Assembly: GCA_040285855.1 (NCBI GenBank)
Contig: JAUFOQ010000002.1
Span: forward strand, 2,418,001 to 2,482,000
Source: Eukaryota sp. GEM-RC1
Lineage: Eukaryota
Length of the DNA: 64,000 nucleotides
Direction of reading: 5' to 3'
The notes under the pieces are model-generated. The model was not told where the DNA came from, did no database searches, and saw nothing but the letters and a program-made list of their open reading frames with translations. The position numbers and the translations under genes are program-made. Positions 1 to 11,400 of the stretch are shown in pieces (positions within the stretch are counted from its first letter, which is position 1; every line of letters begins with the position of its first letter).

Positions 1-2
1 TT

Positions 3-2105
3 CCCCCCTCTTCCTCTTCATCTACTGACGTTCCAGCGGAACTCCTTTCCTTAAGGGACGAGAATTCCAGACTCCGGTATGATATTAAGAAGCTTGAATC
101 CGATGCTCTGTTGTTGTTAGACAAGACTGATACTATTGAGGATCTTTCAAGGCAGGAAAGTAAGATGTTACGGGATAAGATATCTTCACTCGAAATGGAG
201 CTCAATTCATCCCAATCAACTGTTGATAGACTACGTTCTCTTACTAAGACTCAAGAAGATACAATCATGACTCTTGAAGAACGATTGTCAGAAGAATTAC
301 GATCATGTAGTCAAAATGAACGTGATAGTGAATCAAAAATGAGTGATTTGACACGTAGTTATGATCAAAGTATACGGGAATGGAAGGAGAAAATGATTGA
401 GCAATCAAAGTTGATTGATGAGCTGAAGAATGAGGCAAGAGAGTTGCGAAGTGATAGAGATGGATTAGTCTCCAATTTTAGTCATCAAGTTCGAAATTTT
501 TATAATTATTTAAAAGTTTGTGATGGTGATAGTCAAGTTTTAGAAAATTTAATGTCTTCTTTGAAGGTCAAAATCGGATCATATCAACGACAGTTTTTAA
601 CTCTCTGTCACAAAGACTCTTGCCAATTCTGCCGAAATTTAAATTATTCTGATTTAGATATCTCAAAAACTTCCATTTGTGACCTTTTCTCTGAGAATCC
701 TCAGGACCTTGTAGAGGACTCCCTTGAATCTTTCCAGGATTCTCATCAACCCCTCCCAGTTTCTATTGAAGATGCTGCAGAACAAAGTTCTCCTTTTGTT
801 AAGCAAAACTCTTCAATTGATTCTGTAATGGATCGAATTTCCCTGTTGTCTGTTACGTTTACAAATGTCCATCGTCGTGCGAATATTTTAAAAAATCTTG
901 TTTACGACAGTGTAGATGCCTGCTCCTTACCAGATTCCGCTAAAGTCAAAACCAAACGCTCCGTGGCTTCCCTTTGTACAGATGTTGCTGATTTGAAAAC
1001 CTTAATGGCCGATTTAAAACCAGAATTATCTCTAATTATTGATAAGTTTGACAATACTCTTACTACTTCCGAAGATTTGCTTTCCCACAATGAAGAAATG
1101 ACTACGGCATTGACTTCCACTCTTGAAACTGCGGATAGCGAACAGTCTCGGCTTAGTAGTATGGTTGAAGACCAAAAAGCTGAGATCTCACGTTTATCAC
1201 AGACAATCAAGACTCTGGAAGACCGACACTGTAAGGAACTTGAAACCTCAACTGTTTTTGTTGAGAAGAAATACAATGAATCCTTGAAAACGGCTCAATC
1301 CAACGAAATCTATGCCAAAGAGATCACTCAACTGTTGAAGGAAGAGAAACAAGCAGCTGAGGAGGAATGCCAAGAGTTAATGAAGAAGGTGATTACTCTG
1401 GAACAACGACTTCAGAACGTCCAGTCTCAGAATCAGAGTTTACAACCCCTTGATGACGAGGTGATTAGTTTGAAACAGTCAAGGATGAAATTGGAAGATG
1501 AGGTCAAATTGATTTCTGAGGAGCTTTCTGTTATGAAGGTTGAAAACGAGAGATTGAGCTCTACTCTCAATCAAACACGTGATGAGCTCAACTCTACACG
1601 TCACGGAGGCAATCATCAAGTGAACAAACTGAAAGAAGAGCTCAACAAGACTCATACAATGTATCAGAATCTCAAAGTTGAACTCGATCACACTAGGAAA
1701 GTATCACATGATTTAGAGATCAAATCGAAATCTTTGGAAATGACCAAAAGTTCTCTAGAGAATGATTTAAAAGCTAGCGAGGAATCTAAAACCCAACTCC
1801 TGTCTCGATCTTTATTAAGAGAGCCAGCAGTTTCCGACTCACCGCCTCAAGAACCCACCGCACTGACTTCAATGTCACGGCTACTTCAAAGTGTTTCTAG
1901 AAAGCAGATGAGTGCGTCGTTGATTGGAGCTAGAACGTCACCAATGATGAAGAGACGTGATGATTTGATTAGTGATGAAGTGAGCTCTACTCCAATGATG
2001 AGTGGAAAGAAGAAGGAAGAGGAATCAATCAAATCAGGATTGGTTGGATCAGTGACTCCCAGAAGTCGAATATTGAGACGGCATTTAGGTTTTGAAAATT
2101 CGTGA
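3..2105 (+). CDS. Long coiled-coil protein, 5'-partial
   Basis: Frame is open from position 3 (CCC CCC TCT...) to TGA 2103-2105; E/K/L/S-rich heptad-like sequence, no catalytic motif recognised. Confidence 0.75.
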   Translation, partial: PPSSSSSTDVPAELLSLRDENSRLRYDIKKLESDALLLLDKTDTIEDLSRQESKMLRDKISSLEMELNSSQSTVDRLRSLTKTQEDTIMTLEERLSEELRSCSQNERDSESKMSDLTRSYDQSIREWKEKMIEQSKLIDELKNEARELRSDRDGLVSNFSHQVRNFYNYLKVCDGDSQVLENLMSSLKVKIGSYQRQFLTLCHKDSCQFCRNLNYSDLDISKTSICDLFSENPQDLVEDSLESFQDSHQPLPVSIEDAAEQSSPFVKQNSSIDSVMDRISLLSVTFTNVHRRANILKNLVYDSVDACSLPDSAKVKTKRSVASLCTDVADLKTLMADLKPELSLIIDKFDNTLTTSEDLLSHNEEMTTALTSTLETADSEQSRLSSMVEDQKAEISRLSQTIKTLEDRHCKELETSTVFVEKKYNESLKTAQSNEIYAKEITQLLKEEKQAAEEECQELMKKVITLEQRLQNVQSQNQSLQPLDDEVISLKQSRMKLEDEVKLISEELSVMKVENERLSSTLNQTRDELNSTRHGGNHQVNKLKEELNKTHTMYQNLKVELDHTRKVSHDLEIKSKSLEMTKSSLENDLKASEESKTQLLSRSLLREPAVSDSPPQEPTALTSMSRLLQSVSRKQMSASLIGARTSPMMKRRDDLISDEVSSTPMMSGKKKEEESIKSGLVGSVTPRSRILRRHLGFENS

Positions 2106-2329
2106 GACCAGATTACAAGAACGGAATTTTAAAATTGTATTTTATTGAATATAAATTCTATATTATTGATTTACAGCATTGTTTAACATCGAGATTGTGT
2201 TATACATTTTTCTACTTAAATCCACTCAGATTTTTTTGAGGAATAAAAGGTCAAACAAGGTTGAAGTGCACCTGGTTCGTGAGGTATTTACACTCGTTCA
2301 GCAACTAGACTTGTCAAAGTGGAATCCAT

Positions 2330-2540
2330 TTCACTTCCATTTCCACATTCCTGTTCCGTTTCCATTTCCACTTCCACATTTCTTGAAATCAGTTCCATTT
2401 CCATTTCCACTTCCACATTCCTGTTCCATTTCCATTTCCACTTCCACATTTCTTGAAATCAGTTCCATTTCCACTTCCACATTCCTGTTCCATTTCCATT
2501 TCCACTTCCACATTTCTTGAAATCAGTTCCATTTCCACAT
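2330..2540. repeat. Subterminal tandem repeats of the hAT element
   Basis: Repeated TTCCATTTCCACTTCCACATT units; related units at ~4750-4890. Confidence 0.9.
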
Positions 2541-2725
2541 ATAATGAGGTCACTGTTGTTATTTCAGGTCTTTTTTTCGATTTTCAACCATCTGTTTGAA
2601 TTGTAGAGGTGCTGGTGTCTCCATTGGTAAAATTGATGATATTCTTTGTTTGTAATTGTAAATTAAAGGCGTTTTTCATTTAGCTTTTGTGGAAATTCTA
2701 TTTATAGTACCAAAAGAATTACACA

Positions 2726-4612
2726 CTACTTAAGAGATTCAATGATTCGGATCTGGTCATTCTTCAACCATACCTCTAATTCTGCTAAGTTCTCAAGTAA
2801 TCTCGAAGACATTCTTGCACGTCTTGCAGTTTGAATTGAACCAGTTACAGAAAAAAATGATTCACAGGGAACTGATGTTGCTGGTGCAGACAAAAAACTC
2901 ATTGCAAGAGCGTATAACTCTGGGAACGCAGACCTGTTATCCTTCCACCAAACAACAGGATCAGTTGCCAAGGGAACTGTGCCTTCGGATAAGTATTTGT
3001 CCAGTTCATCTGCATGAACTAGTTCTCTATTGGAGTTTCTTTTTCGATTGTATAATGTCTCAAAGTGTGAAGTCTTCTTAACAGTTTTTGTTCTAGCAAC
3101 AGGTTGTACATTGTTCTCAACTGGTACATTGTCCGATTGACGATCTTTTTGAGATCTTGGCAGTAAGCTACGGATTCCTTTAATGTTGTTTTTCACTTCG
3201 AGATCTGATATCGGTAACATGTTTGTTTTGAGTCTCGGATCAAGGATGGAAGCGCTAGCAGCGTAGAAATCGTAAATCAAGTCAGAGTATTTCTCTCGAA
3301 ATACTTGACACATTTTTTCAGCTGCTTCGTTGATTACGAATGGGAAGTCGGGATCCGTGGACGCTTGGACAATAACCTTGTGTAAGTCATCTAAACAAAA
3401 GAGCACATGTGAGGCTGTAGCAGTCTTTGAAGCTGAAAGATCTTCAGTAGTATCCTTAAACGGTTTGAGAAGTTGAATTAAGTTGCGAATAGTGGAAAGA
3501 GAAGATGAATCGATACGAAGGTAACTGTATCCGTTTTCTTGTGAAAGAAATTGTTCAATTGAAAATGCCTGTTCAACATAGCTTTCCAGCATCATCAATG
3601 TACTGTTCCAGCGTGTTTTGACATCCAAAGGAATTGTTTTTGGGGTAGCAATTCCGTTGCTTTCACAAAATTCAACATAAGTTTGCTTAAACAGAGAGGA
3701 AGTATGCAGTAAGACACAAAAGTTCCTTACACTTTGAATGTGTTCTTCGAAAATTTCGTGCGCTTTTCCTACAACAATGTTCAAGACATGAGCAATACAA
3801 CGTCTAGAAAACATGCAAAAGTTCTGTTCTAGCAACAATTCAACAGCATTTGTCATGTTGGACGCATTGTCAGTAACGATACTGAAAACTTTAGAAATAT
3901 TAAATTCCGCACACACTTGTTGAATGAATAAAGCAGTTTGCTCTGCAGTGTGTGGATGAGGGCATTGGAGTAGATCAAGAGGAAGACTGACCAACTGATG
4001 GTTCTCAGAAATACAGTGGACAGTTACTGCTAAAAAAGAAGTATTAGCACGAGAAGTCCAGTAGTCAACGGTAATAGACGGGAGCGATTCAATTTTGGCT
4101 AGGAACGTTTTGATCTCTTCTTTAACAGTTGTGTTTCTGGATATGATTCTCTCTCTAAGAGTGTTCCTTACGGGTACATTCGGCATAAGAGGAAGAGATT
4201 GAGTGCAGGTTAGCAAATCAATGAATGAGTCCGATTCTACAATGTTTAGTGAAACGTTGTTCAAGACAAAGAAGTGAGTAAGTCTGTCGTCGAACGAGGG
4301 GGTTGATTTCTTAATGCCAAGAAGTTCAGTAATAGGAGCAGTTCTTTGAGGATTTCCTTCTAACCATCCGTTGTGATAGTTATCTAGATGTAACTTTAAT
4401 CTAGAAGTAGTAACCCGAGATTTATTAGACGGTTTTCCTTCAACATAAGGACAAAGAGAGCAAGTTGCTACCTTACCTTGATTGGAAGAGGTAAAGTGCT
4501 TCCAAACAGCAGAGGTTTTTTTCTTTAAAGTCGACGGGGATAGTACATTAGAAGAAGAGGATTGGGAGGGTTGGTCGTCGTCACTATCATGAACATCAAT
4601 AGGTGATGACAT
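2726..4612 (-). CDS. hAT transposase with BED zinc finger and C-terminal dimerization domain
   Basis: VWKHF..CSLC..HLDNYH (BED), TVDYWT, IVTDNASNM, RCIAHVLN, TRWNST, WWK..FPEL..A...LSAPATSVPCE; uninterrupted ORF; first ATG at 4612. Confidence 0.95.
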   Translation of the reverse strand: MSSPIDVHDSDDDQPSQSSSSNVLSPSTLKKKTSAVWKHFTSSNQGKVATCSLCPYVEGKPSNKSRVTTSRLKLHLDNYHNGWLEGNPQRTAPITELLGIKKSTPSFDDRLTHFFVLNNVSLNIVESDSFIDLLTCTQSLPLMPNVPVRNTLRERIISRNTTVKEEIKTFLAKIESLPSITVDYWTSRANTSFLAVTVHCISENHQLVSLPLDLLQCPHPHTAEQTALFIQQVCAEFNISKVFSIVTDNASNMTNAVELLLEQNFCMFSRRCIAHVLNIVVGKAHEIFEEHIQSVRNFCVLLHTSSLFKQTYVEFCESNGIATPKTIPLDVKTRWNSTLMMLESYVEQAFSIEQFLSQENGYSYLRIDSSSLSTIRNLIQLLKPFKDTTEDLSASKTATASHVLFCLDDLHKVIVQASTDPDFPFVINEAAEKMCQVFREKYSDLIYDFYAASASILDPRLKTNMLPISDLEVKNNIKGIRSLLPRSQKDRQSDNVPVENNVQPVARTKTVKKTSHFETLYNRKRNSNRELVHADELDKYLSEGTVPLATDPVVWWKDNRSAFPELYALAMSFLSAPATSVPCESFFSVTGSIQTARRARMSSRLLENLAELEVWLKNDQIRIIESLK

Positions 4613-5578
4613 TCTCCTTGTACTTTGGTTAGGAAAAGAAACTACATTGTAATGGGTTATCAAAATCCATTTCTACTGATTCTTAATATGTAGAGTAGTT
4701 TTAATTATCAACTCGTTTATATACAATACAATATACAATGTAGTTCTACTTCCATTTCCATTTCCATATTATATTTCTGTTTCATTTCCATTTCCATATT
4801 ATATTTCTGTTTCATTTCCATTTCCACATTCTCAAGAAATTCCGTCTATTTCCACTTCCAGATGGAAATGGAAGTGAGAAATGTGGAATTTCATTTCACT
4901 TTGCCAAGTCTATCAGCAACAGGCTCAATGTCTTGTATAAATTGACATTCCTTAAGTGAAGAAAACGGGGCTTGGAATTGTGTCGATCTAGAACCTAGAT
5001 TAGCCAGAGAAGAAGTGTCTTGACATAGTTGAGGATTCCAATGTGAAAATGGTATTGATCAAGGCATTCTTTCTTTAATTGATTTGAAACAGTTTAGAAG
5101 ATACAGAATGCTCGTCTTGAAGTAGAAAGAGGAAGGTTCAGTCAGTGTTCTGTTGATGGAGTTTAGTTAAGCATAAAACTTGGTTCAGTTGTTAGCTGTA
5201 AAAAACTGAGACATCACAATGCAGCAATTCATGACCACTTACACGTTCTTTTTTGTGCTGCTTACTCTGTCCAACGCCTTCCTCGCTGATGGATTGGGCT
5301 TCTTTTCGCTGTTGAATCCATAAAGAAAGCAACCAACGCATATAATGCAATGAAGCAGGTTATCTCTAGACAAAGTAACGTGTGTTGCTTTATCGAGGAC
5401 AACTCATACGCTTCCCCATAGGAACCTCGCAATCTGCATATCATCTGCTCTGATTTCTCGATCGCAAGATCTCGCTCTCTCTGGCCAATATGACCGAATT
5501 CACGCACTTGCATTCTGTCGCGAAGGGTCGTTGTCTCACAGCTTTCTCTCGTCTATCCCCTCTCCAAAAGCAGTGTAC

Positions 5579-5925
5579 GAACAAGACGCTATCTACGTTC
5601 CATCCGCAAGTTCTTTGATCAATATATCCAGTCTCAATTGCAATTACCATGTAAAATCATCCTAAACGTTCCAGAAAACTTTGGTTATACTCTTACATAC
5701 AGAACTCTTCTTGATACTGTTCCCTATTATTTCCCTCGTACAGCAGAGGAAGATTCCGCTACTACTCCTCTTCTCCCCTGCAGATGTAGGACATGAATGG
5801 GGAGAGTACCAAGATGCTGAGAGAACTCTTTCCATTGTTGACAGCATTCTCCCTACTTCGTCTTCTCTCTTTGATGAAGTAAACGACCTTAAGGAAATCG
5901 AATCACTTTCTGTCGACCCCGATAC
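5579..5925 (+). pseudogene. Captured GDAP2 fragment, copy 1
   Basis: Aligns to the GDAP2 gene at ~34398-34752 (ILNVPENFGY...EWGEYQDAERTLSIVDSILPTSSSLFDEVNDLKEIESLSVDPDT), with a +1 C frameshift. Confidence 0.93.
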
Positions 5926-6601
5926 AATCATGATCTGTCGACCTTCCTGATTGGTCAAGTTTTAATATGAGGGTTTTCAGTCATGCAATTGATTGATGTT
6001 TTTGTTTGATTAACGCTATTTTGTACTGGAAGAAACTTCCAGTACTTGATTGTTGTGTTGTACAACATATTTAAATGATTAAAATTGGACAAATTATCTA
6101 AATTTTTCACAAGCACTCTTTATAATTCATTCACTACGAGATACAGTCTCTGAATGTTTAAATATTTAATATGTTACTCTTCAGTAAGCATCAGATCAAG
6201 TGAATAGCATTTTCTTTTCCTATTATAACAAATTAACAGTGTCCAGTTGGTAGCACTGTCAGTAAAGAGACTATCGTTAATTGGATGGAGCAAGTAATAT
6301 TTGTGATGAATTCTAGAAGAATTTAAAGAAAATTATATTTAAACTATCTTTTAATCATGAAGAATTAAGAAAAAACGTCTCCCTTGTTCTTCCGCCAAAA
6401 TTTCCCCTGTTATTGTATTTCGAATTGCTTCAAACGAGAGATATGCATATTTAACACTTTGTTCAGTAATGTATTGTCCATAAACGTCGACAGCAGAATC
6501 CCACAACCAACTTTTTAGGTTTCCAAAGCATCAATGTGGGGATATTCTTTAATTAGATTGGGCCCTGGATTTGATTCGACGTCTCCATCAATAGTCAAAT
6601 C
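5926..6601 (-). pseudogene. 2A/StopGo peptide followed by decayed SENP8/NEDP1-like C48 protease, copy 1
   Basis: DLTIDGDVESNPGP at 6601-6560, then NLIKEYPHIDAL..WLWDS.VDVYG and LLHPINDSLFTDSATNWTLLICYNRKRKCYSLD; contains frameshifts and stops. Confidence 0.75.
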
Positions 6602-7219
6602 ACTAAGAGAAAGAAAGAAAGAAATTGTGATGACTGGAGATTTATTTTGGTTTTTGTATCTAACAAGAACATCAAGAACCACTACATTATGGAGTACTAT
6701 AACAAAAACAAAACAAAAACTGAAGAGATTTGAGGATCGACGGACCCCTGAAAATCTTCTTAAAGCATGACGGTCTTGAGTGTAATGACAAAAACAAACC
6801 AAGCAAAGGAGTGATCTGAGGATCAAAAGACCCATGAAAGTCTTCTTAGTGACAAAAGGACATTGGAAGTTGATACAAGACTTAATATGGGGCCACAAAG
6901 GATTCATGACGTACTCCGTGTTAAGAACTGACGTTCTGTATTGTGATTAGTGTTTGTTTTACGAGACGACCGCGTCTCCGTCTTCTAACATTGATATGTG
7001 CTTTAACAAACACAATGTCAACATCAGCATACGTTAAAACTAATAGATTCATTCAGAAACTCGTTTAAAACTGAATTAAAAACTAACATACATCTGGAGG
7101 AGTACCTTTTGGATTTAATAGAAACAAATAAAGTTAGAATTTCATTTCAAGACCTTCAGAACAGGGTCAAATACCATCTGGAACCGTCATCGTCACTGTT
7201 ATAGTAGTTCACGGCAAAG

Positions 7220-8020
7220 AATCTTTGTTTCCTTAGCAGTTGGAGATTCATGAAGACATGTACAAGATCATTTAGTCTCTCTGGTGTCATTCACTTCCTT
7301 CTCTGGTTGATAAACACTCCAACATCTCTCACTTGCAGCTGCTGTAACTACATAGCTTAAGACCTTGATAGCAACTTCTTTTACAAAAGATTAACTGATG
7401 TGTATCACCTCCAAACACTTCACACCGTTCATTTCTCTCCATTGTTACAGCAGCTTCCCAGACCAGAGGATCAGCAAAACTACCTTTCTTTGTTCGAAAA
7501 TGGCATAATTGCTTGAGGGCTGCCTTTGTGCCTTAAGGAGATATAAGCTTCTTTAAAGTTTTAACGAAGGAATTTCTCAGTGATGGCATATCTTCATTTA
7601 GTGGTTAGAAGTCTTGGTTTTTGGGATCCAGTACAGTACATGGCCAAACTAATACACCATCGCTCGAGAAGTAATTCAGATGATAAATCTGTACCGCTTA
7701 AGAAATTGCAGTACAGTGGAGAAAACCTTGTTGTATGTCTCTGTAAAACGAGGTATCATAGAATTCATTTCAGGCTTATCGAAATTAACTTCATTTAGAA
7801 GTTCAACAAAAGGCAACAATAATGGTGAATTTCCTTTGCTTTGTCCCATAAGCGACCATACATGATAAAATTTTCGAATAATACAACGTTGTCTTTCTTT
7901 TTTCTAGTATTTTGACGTCTTTTCCAACGCTCATAATCACCATTGATCAACAACATGCTAACGATCTGTTTCACTTTAAGCAACCTTCCGAGTTGAATTC
8001 AATTTGTGGTGAACCAGATC
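7220..8020 (-). mobile_element. Degraded hAT (DUF659/Tag1-type) transposase remnant
   Basis: Manual translation: WFTTN*IQLGRLLKVKQ..., LDPKN, FRTKKGSFADPLVWEAAVTM, AIKVLSYVVTAAASERCWSV, ERLNDLVHVFMNLQLL; many stops. Confidence 0.8.
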
Positions 8021-8539
8021 ATAGTGGGTTTAAATGGGTTTAAGTAGTAGACATGAGTTACAATGGACCTGCGGATCTTGGAGACGCAGAACGAGTTGTT
8101 GATTCAGATTTAACGTCAACAAAAAATGTTACAAAATCTCTCAAGTTGATGCCAGGTTCAGTCATAACAATGGAAGTAAAAGAGGAGAGAGATGTGTTGT
8201 GAAAAGCAAAATGATGCAGACCAAACAATTACAAGTTCTCATGCTCTATGAAGTCTCATTGTGATGAGTAGTGACGATGATAAAACTTGACACAGAAGAA
8301 TATCTTCGGATACAATCGTCTGTCGAAATCGCTTAGTATAAGAGGGATAAGAACTGAAGTTCTTTGAGATAACTAGTGCACGTGTAAGAAAATGGACATC
8401 AAAAAGGGTTGTCACTATTTATAGGTGTTTAGGAACCGGACGTTATTTATTTAATTTTAATGCTCACATCAAACTTTCAAAAATAAATACATATTTGTAT
8501 ACCTCTTGCTGTAGTTAAGTTACAGAATGCAACATTACT

Positions 8540-9382
8540 TGGGTTGGAAGACTTGGATTTTAGTAATAGACTTAGTGTGACTAAGACTGATAATCCCGTC
8601 TTTGCAGCTTTTTTATGTGACATTCAACAATGTTCTAGCTCCATCACTCAACAACCTAGACCTTTTGGTTTACATTTGAACAATGATGTTTGAAAGCAAA
8701 ATATGCCCCTTCGACTGGGTATTTTACCTTGTGATTTGCTAAATAATTCAATTTGTGTTTGCGACAACCGTTCTACAGCTACATTTCGTCATGTTGTTAA
8801 TTGCAAGAAATTATTGCAATTTCGATCTGTTCTACATAACGCTGTTCGTGACGGTACTTATGAAATGTTCAAATCCCAATTATAGTTGTAAAATCGAACC
8901 TCTTCTGAATCATTATAGTGACAATAATGTGTTTGATTTTCGGCGTGGTGACCTAATTGCTCCTTTCCTGGATTCATCTCAAGTTGTGGTTGATTTTACT
9001 ACAGTTGACCCGTTTGCAAAAGTCTATAAAGACTCCATTTTGAATGATTCAAATGGTCATCTTGAAAAGGCTGAACAGCGAAAGTGTTCAAATTATGTGG
9101 ATGCTTTGAAGAAGCTTAATGAAAGTGTATATTCTAAGTTTCCATTTGTTCCATTTGCTATTTCCATTTTTCGAATTATTGGTCCAGCAGGTATAATTGT
9201 TTTCAGCGATTTTACTTTCTATTCTATTGGCACGGTTTTTCATATTTTTGTGGATTAATGGAATTGTCTTTGCTCTTTATAGATGCATACCCAATAATTT
9301 AAGTTCCATTTATTCCAGGTTGTATACTAGTAGGCATAATTCACGTGCTGATGTGGCGAATTTAACTTCTTTTATTTTCTGA
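8540..9382 (+). mobile_element. Truncated CRE-like non-LTR retrotransposon (RLE endonuclease end)
   Basis: CVC..TFRHVVNC..LHNAVRD, KIEPLL..RRGDL..VVDFTTVDP, PFAISIF; homologous to 54746-55855 and closely similar to 16405-16905. Confidence 0.88.
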
Positions 9383-9539
9383 ATTAGTATGTATTATTTA
9401 GGGAAATGAAAAATTGACAACTTCACATACAACTTTAGTAATAACACAACTTCGAACACAACAATTGTATTACAGAATTTACACACACACAATCATTCTA
9501 TTTATGCAACCTCAACCACAACATACTATCACCAAACCT

Positions 9540-10010
9540 CCATTTTTTCGTTTCAGGATTTACTACTCGACATGATTTGGAACAAACACTTCGCCAGTGG
9601 GTGTTTCAACAGGGATTTGCTCTTAGTATCTTTTCGTCTTCTGATTCCTTCACTTATTTAATTTGTGGCAGAGAATACAGGAACTACATCGTAACAAACC
9701 ATTCTAAAAAACAGGCTGCTCTTTTAGAGTTTACCTACATCTCAAGAACAGGGTCTGGCAAAATGCTGAAACTGAAGGTCGTCACTCCGATCACGAATTT
9801 GCTGAAAATTTATCTGCTCATGCTGGGTTTCGACAATGGTGGGCAATTGAACATTCAGAAGAGTTAAATGGCTATTGTGCAGCTGCACACACACCGAATG
9901 ATATATTCTAAAAACCCTTAGAGTCCGTTATCCACAGATAAATCCAGAAGGTTTTGCAATTGCAGCATGTCCCTAGATCTATAGTGACGTCAGTAATTGG
10001 AAGAAGAGAT
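9540..10010 (+). mobile_element. Mutator/MULE transposase N-terminal (FAR1-type Zn finger) remnant
   Basis: WVFQQGFALSI..S....YLIC.REYRN..SKK / GCSFRV.....W......H.DHE..NLSAH..FR, then P.DI / LKTLRVRYP; frameshifted. Confidence 0.65.
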
Positions 10011-10731
10011 CCAAAGTACAGGTCACCCTAGGTTTGATTGATCATTGATTGTCTCTTCAGAAAGCCCGAATGTTGCAAATAAACTCTCTCTTTGTTCTTT
10101 TCATAAATATCGATTAAGAATTTGTACGACTAGTACTACTATGATCAGAATTGACAAATATTTTAAATATACGACGACGATTAATGTCGAAGTTGACTAT
10201 CAGACACTGGTCGTGTAATCAAACCTGATATTTTTGATTGATGAACAATCTCTGCCAACTTAACTAACAACGAGTCAAGATTCACTTCTACCAACATCAG
10301 AATATTACAAACAAGTTTCTCAGTACATTTATTTTCATAAATCATGTATATCTTATAGTTCTGTACAAATGTTGTTTCACCAAATATTGTTGTTACAAAT
10401 GTTGAATAAAATCAACATCAACACATTTTCTATGTGTTGAAAGCACTTAATAGAATCAATAACATATGAAGAAGATGTCATTTTGTCAAGATGTCACTGT
10501 AGACAACGTCTATAAAGAGTTGAAATCTTTTTGAACTGTATCTTTTCATGTCCCTATGCTTGCAAACAAGGTGTTTTGGATGATACTAAGAGGATTAAGT
10601 TACTCGAGGCATCACTCTTCTTGTTTGTTCCCTTTGTTGTTGTTGTTAATATATTTTTGCATCGATCCCCAGATCCCTTCATGTGTTAATAAATCAACAA
10701 TCGTCTCAATCGTCTCAATCGTCTCAGTTAT

Positions 10732-11400
10732 GACCTAACCACGGACGGAGACATTGAGTCCAATCCAGGGCCCAAGCTAATTAAAGAATATCCCCACATT
10801 GATGCTTTGAAACCTAATAGTTGGTTGTGGGACTCTACTGTCGACGTTTATGGACATTATATTACTGAACAAAGTGTTAAATGTGAGTAACTCTAGTTTG
10901 AAGCAATTCGAGTACAATATCAGAGGACAATTTTGGCGGAAGAACCAGGGAGACGTTTTTTCTTAATTCTTCATGATTAAAAGATAGTGTAATTTTTTTT
11001 ACAAAATTCTTGTAGAATTCATCAAAAATATTGTTTGTTCCACCCAATTATCGATAGTTTCTTTACTGACAGGGCTACCCACTTGACATTGTTAATTTGT
11101 TATAATAGAAAAAGAAGATGCTATTCACTTGATCTGATGTTTACTGAAGAGTAACATATTAAATATTTAAATATTCAGAGATTATCTCGTAGTGAATGCG
11201 TCATAAAGAATGCTTGTGAAAAATTTAGATAATTGGTCCAATTTTAATCATTTAAATTTGTTGTACAATACAACAATCAAGTACTGGAAATTTCTTCCAG
11301 TACAAAAAGAGTTAATCAAACAAAAAACATTAATCAATTGTATGACTGAAAATCCTCAAATTTAAACTTGACCAATCAGGAAGGTCGACAAATCATGATT
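10732..11400 (+). pseudogene. 2A/StopGo peptide followed by decayed SENP8/NEDP1-like C48 protease, copy 2
   Basis: DLTTDGDIESNPGP at 10732-10773, then KLIKEYPHIDALKPNSWLWDSTVDVYGHY...LFHPIIDSFFTDRATHLTLLICYNRKRRCYSLD, with in-frame stops; inverted homolog of 5926-6601. Confidence 0.75.

Larger units (their letters stand above)
2306..4912 (-). mobile_element. Autonomous hAT DNA transposon (2607 bp)
   Basis: 8-bp TSD TCAGCAAC at 2298-2305 and 4913-4920; TIR TAGACTTG(T/G)CAAAGTG(G/A)AAT; subterminal TTCCATTTCCAC-type repeats at both ends; contains a transposase ORF. Confidence 0.97.

Noticed and set aside
2179..2520. FHFH / WKWK ORFs and a possible CRISPR- or telomere-like array
   Set aside because: Translations of hAT subterminal repeats; no unique spacers.
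5250..5578. GC-richer coding-like stretch next to GDAP2 copy 1
   Set aside because: No recognisable motif in any frame; cannot be assigned without a search.
10681..10990. In-frame TAA/TAG around the 2A suggesting a TAR=Gln code
   Set aside because: Conserved genes here end in TAA/TAG (ubiquitin fusion, USP39, GDAP2) and have no internal TAR; these stops are decay.
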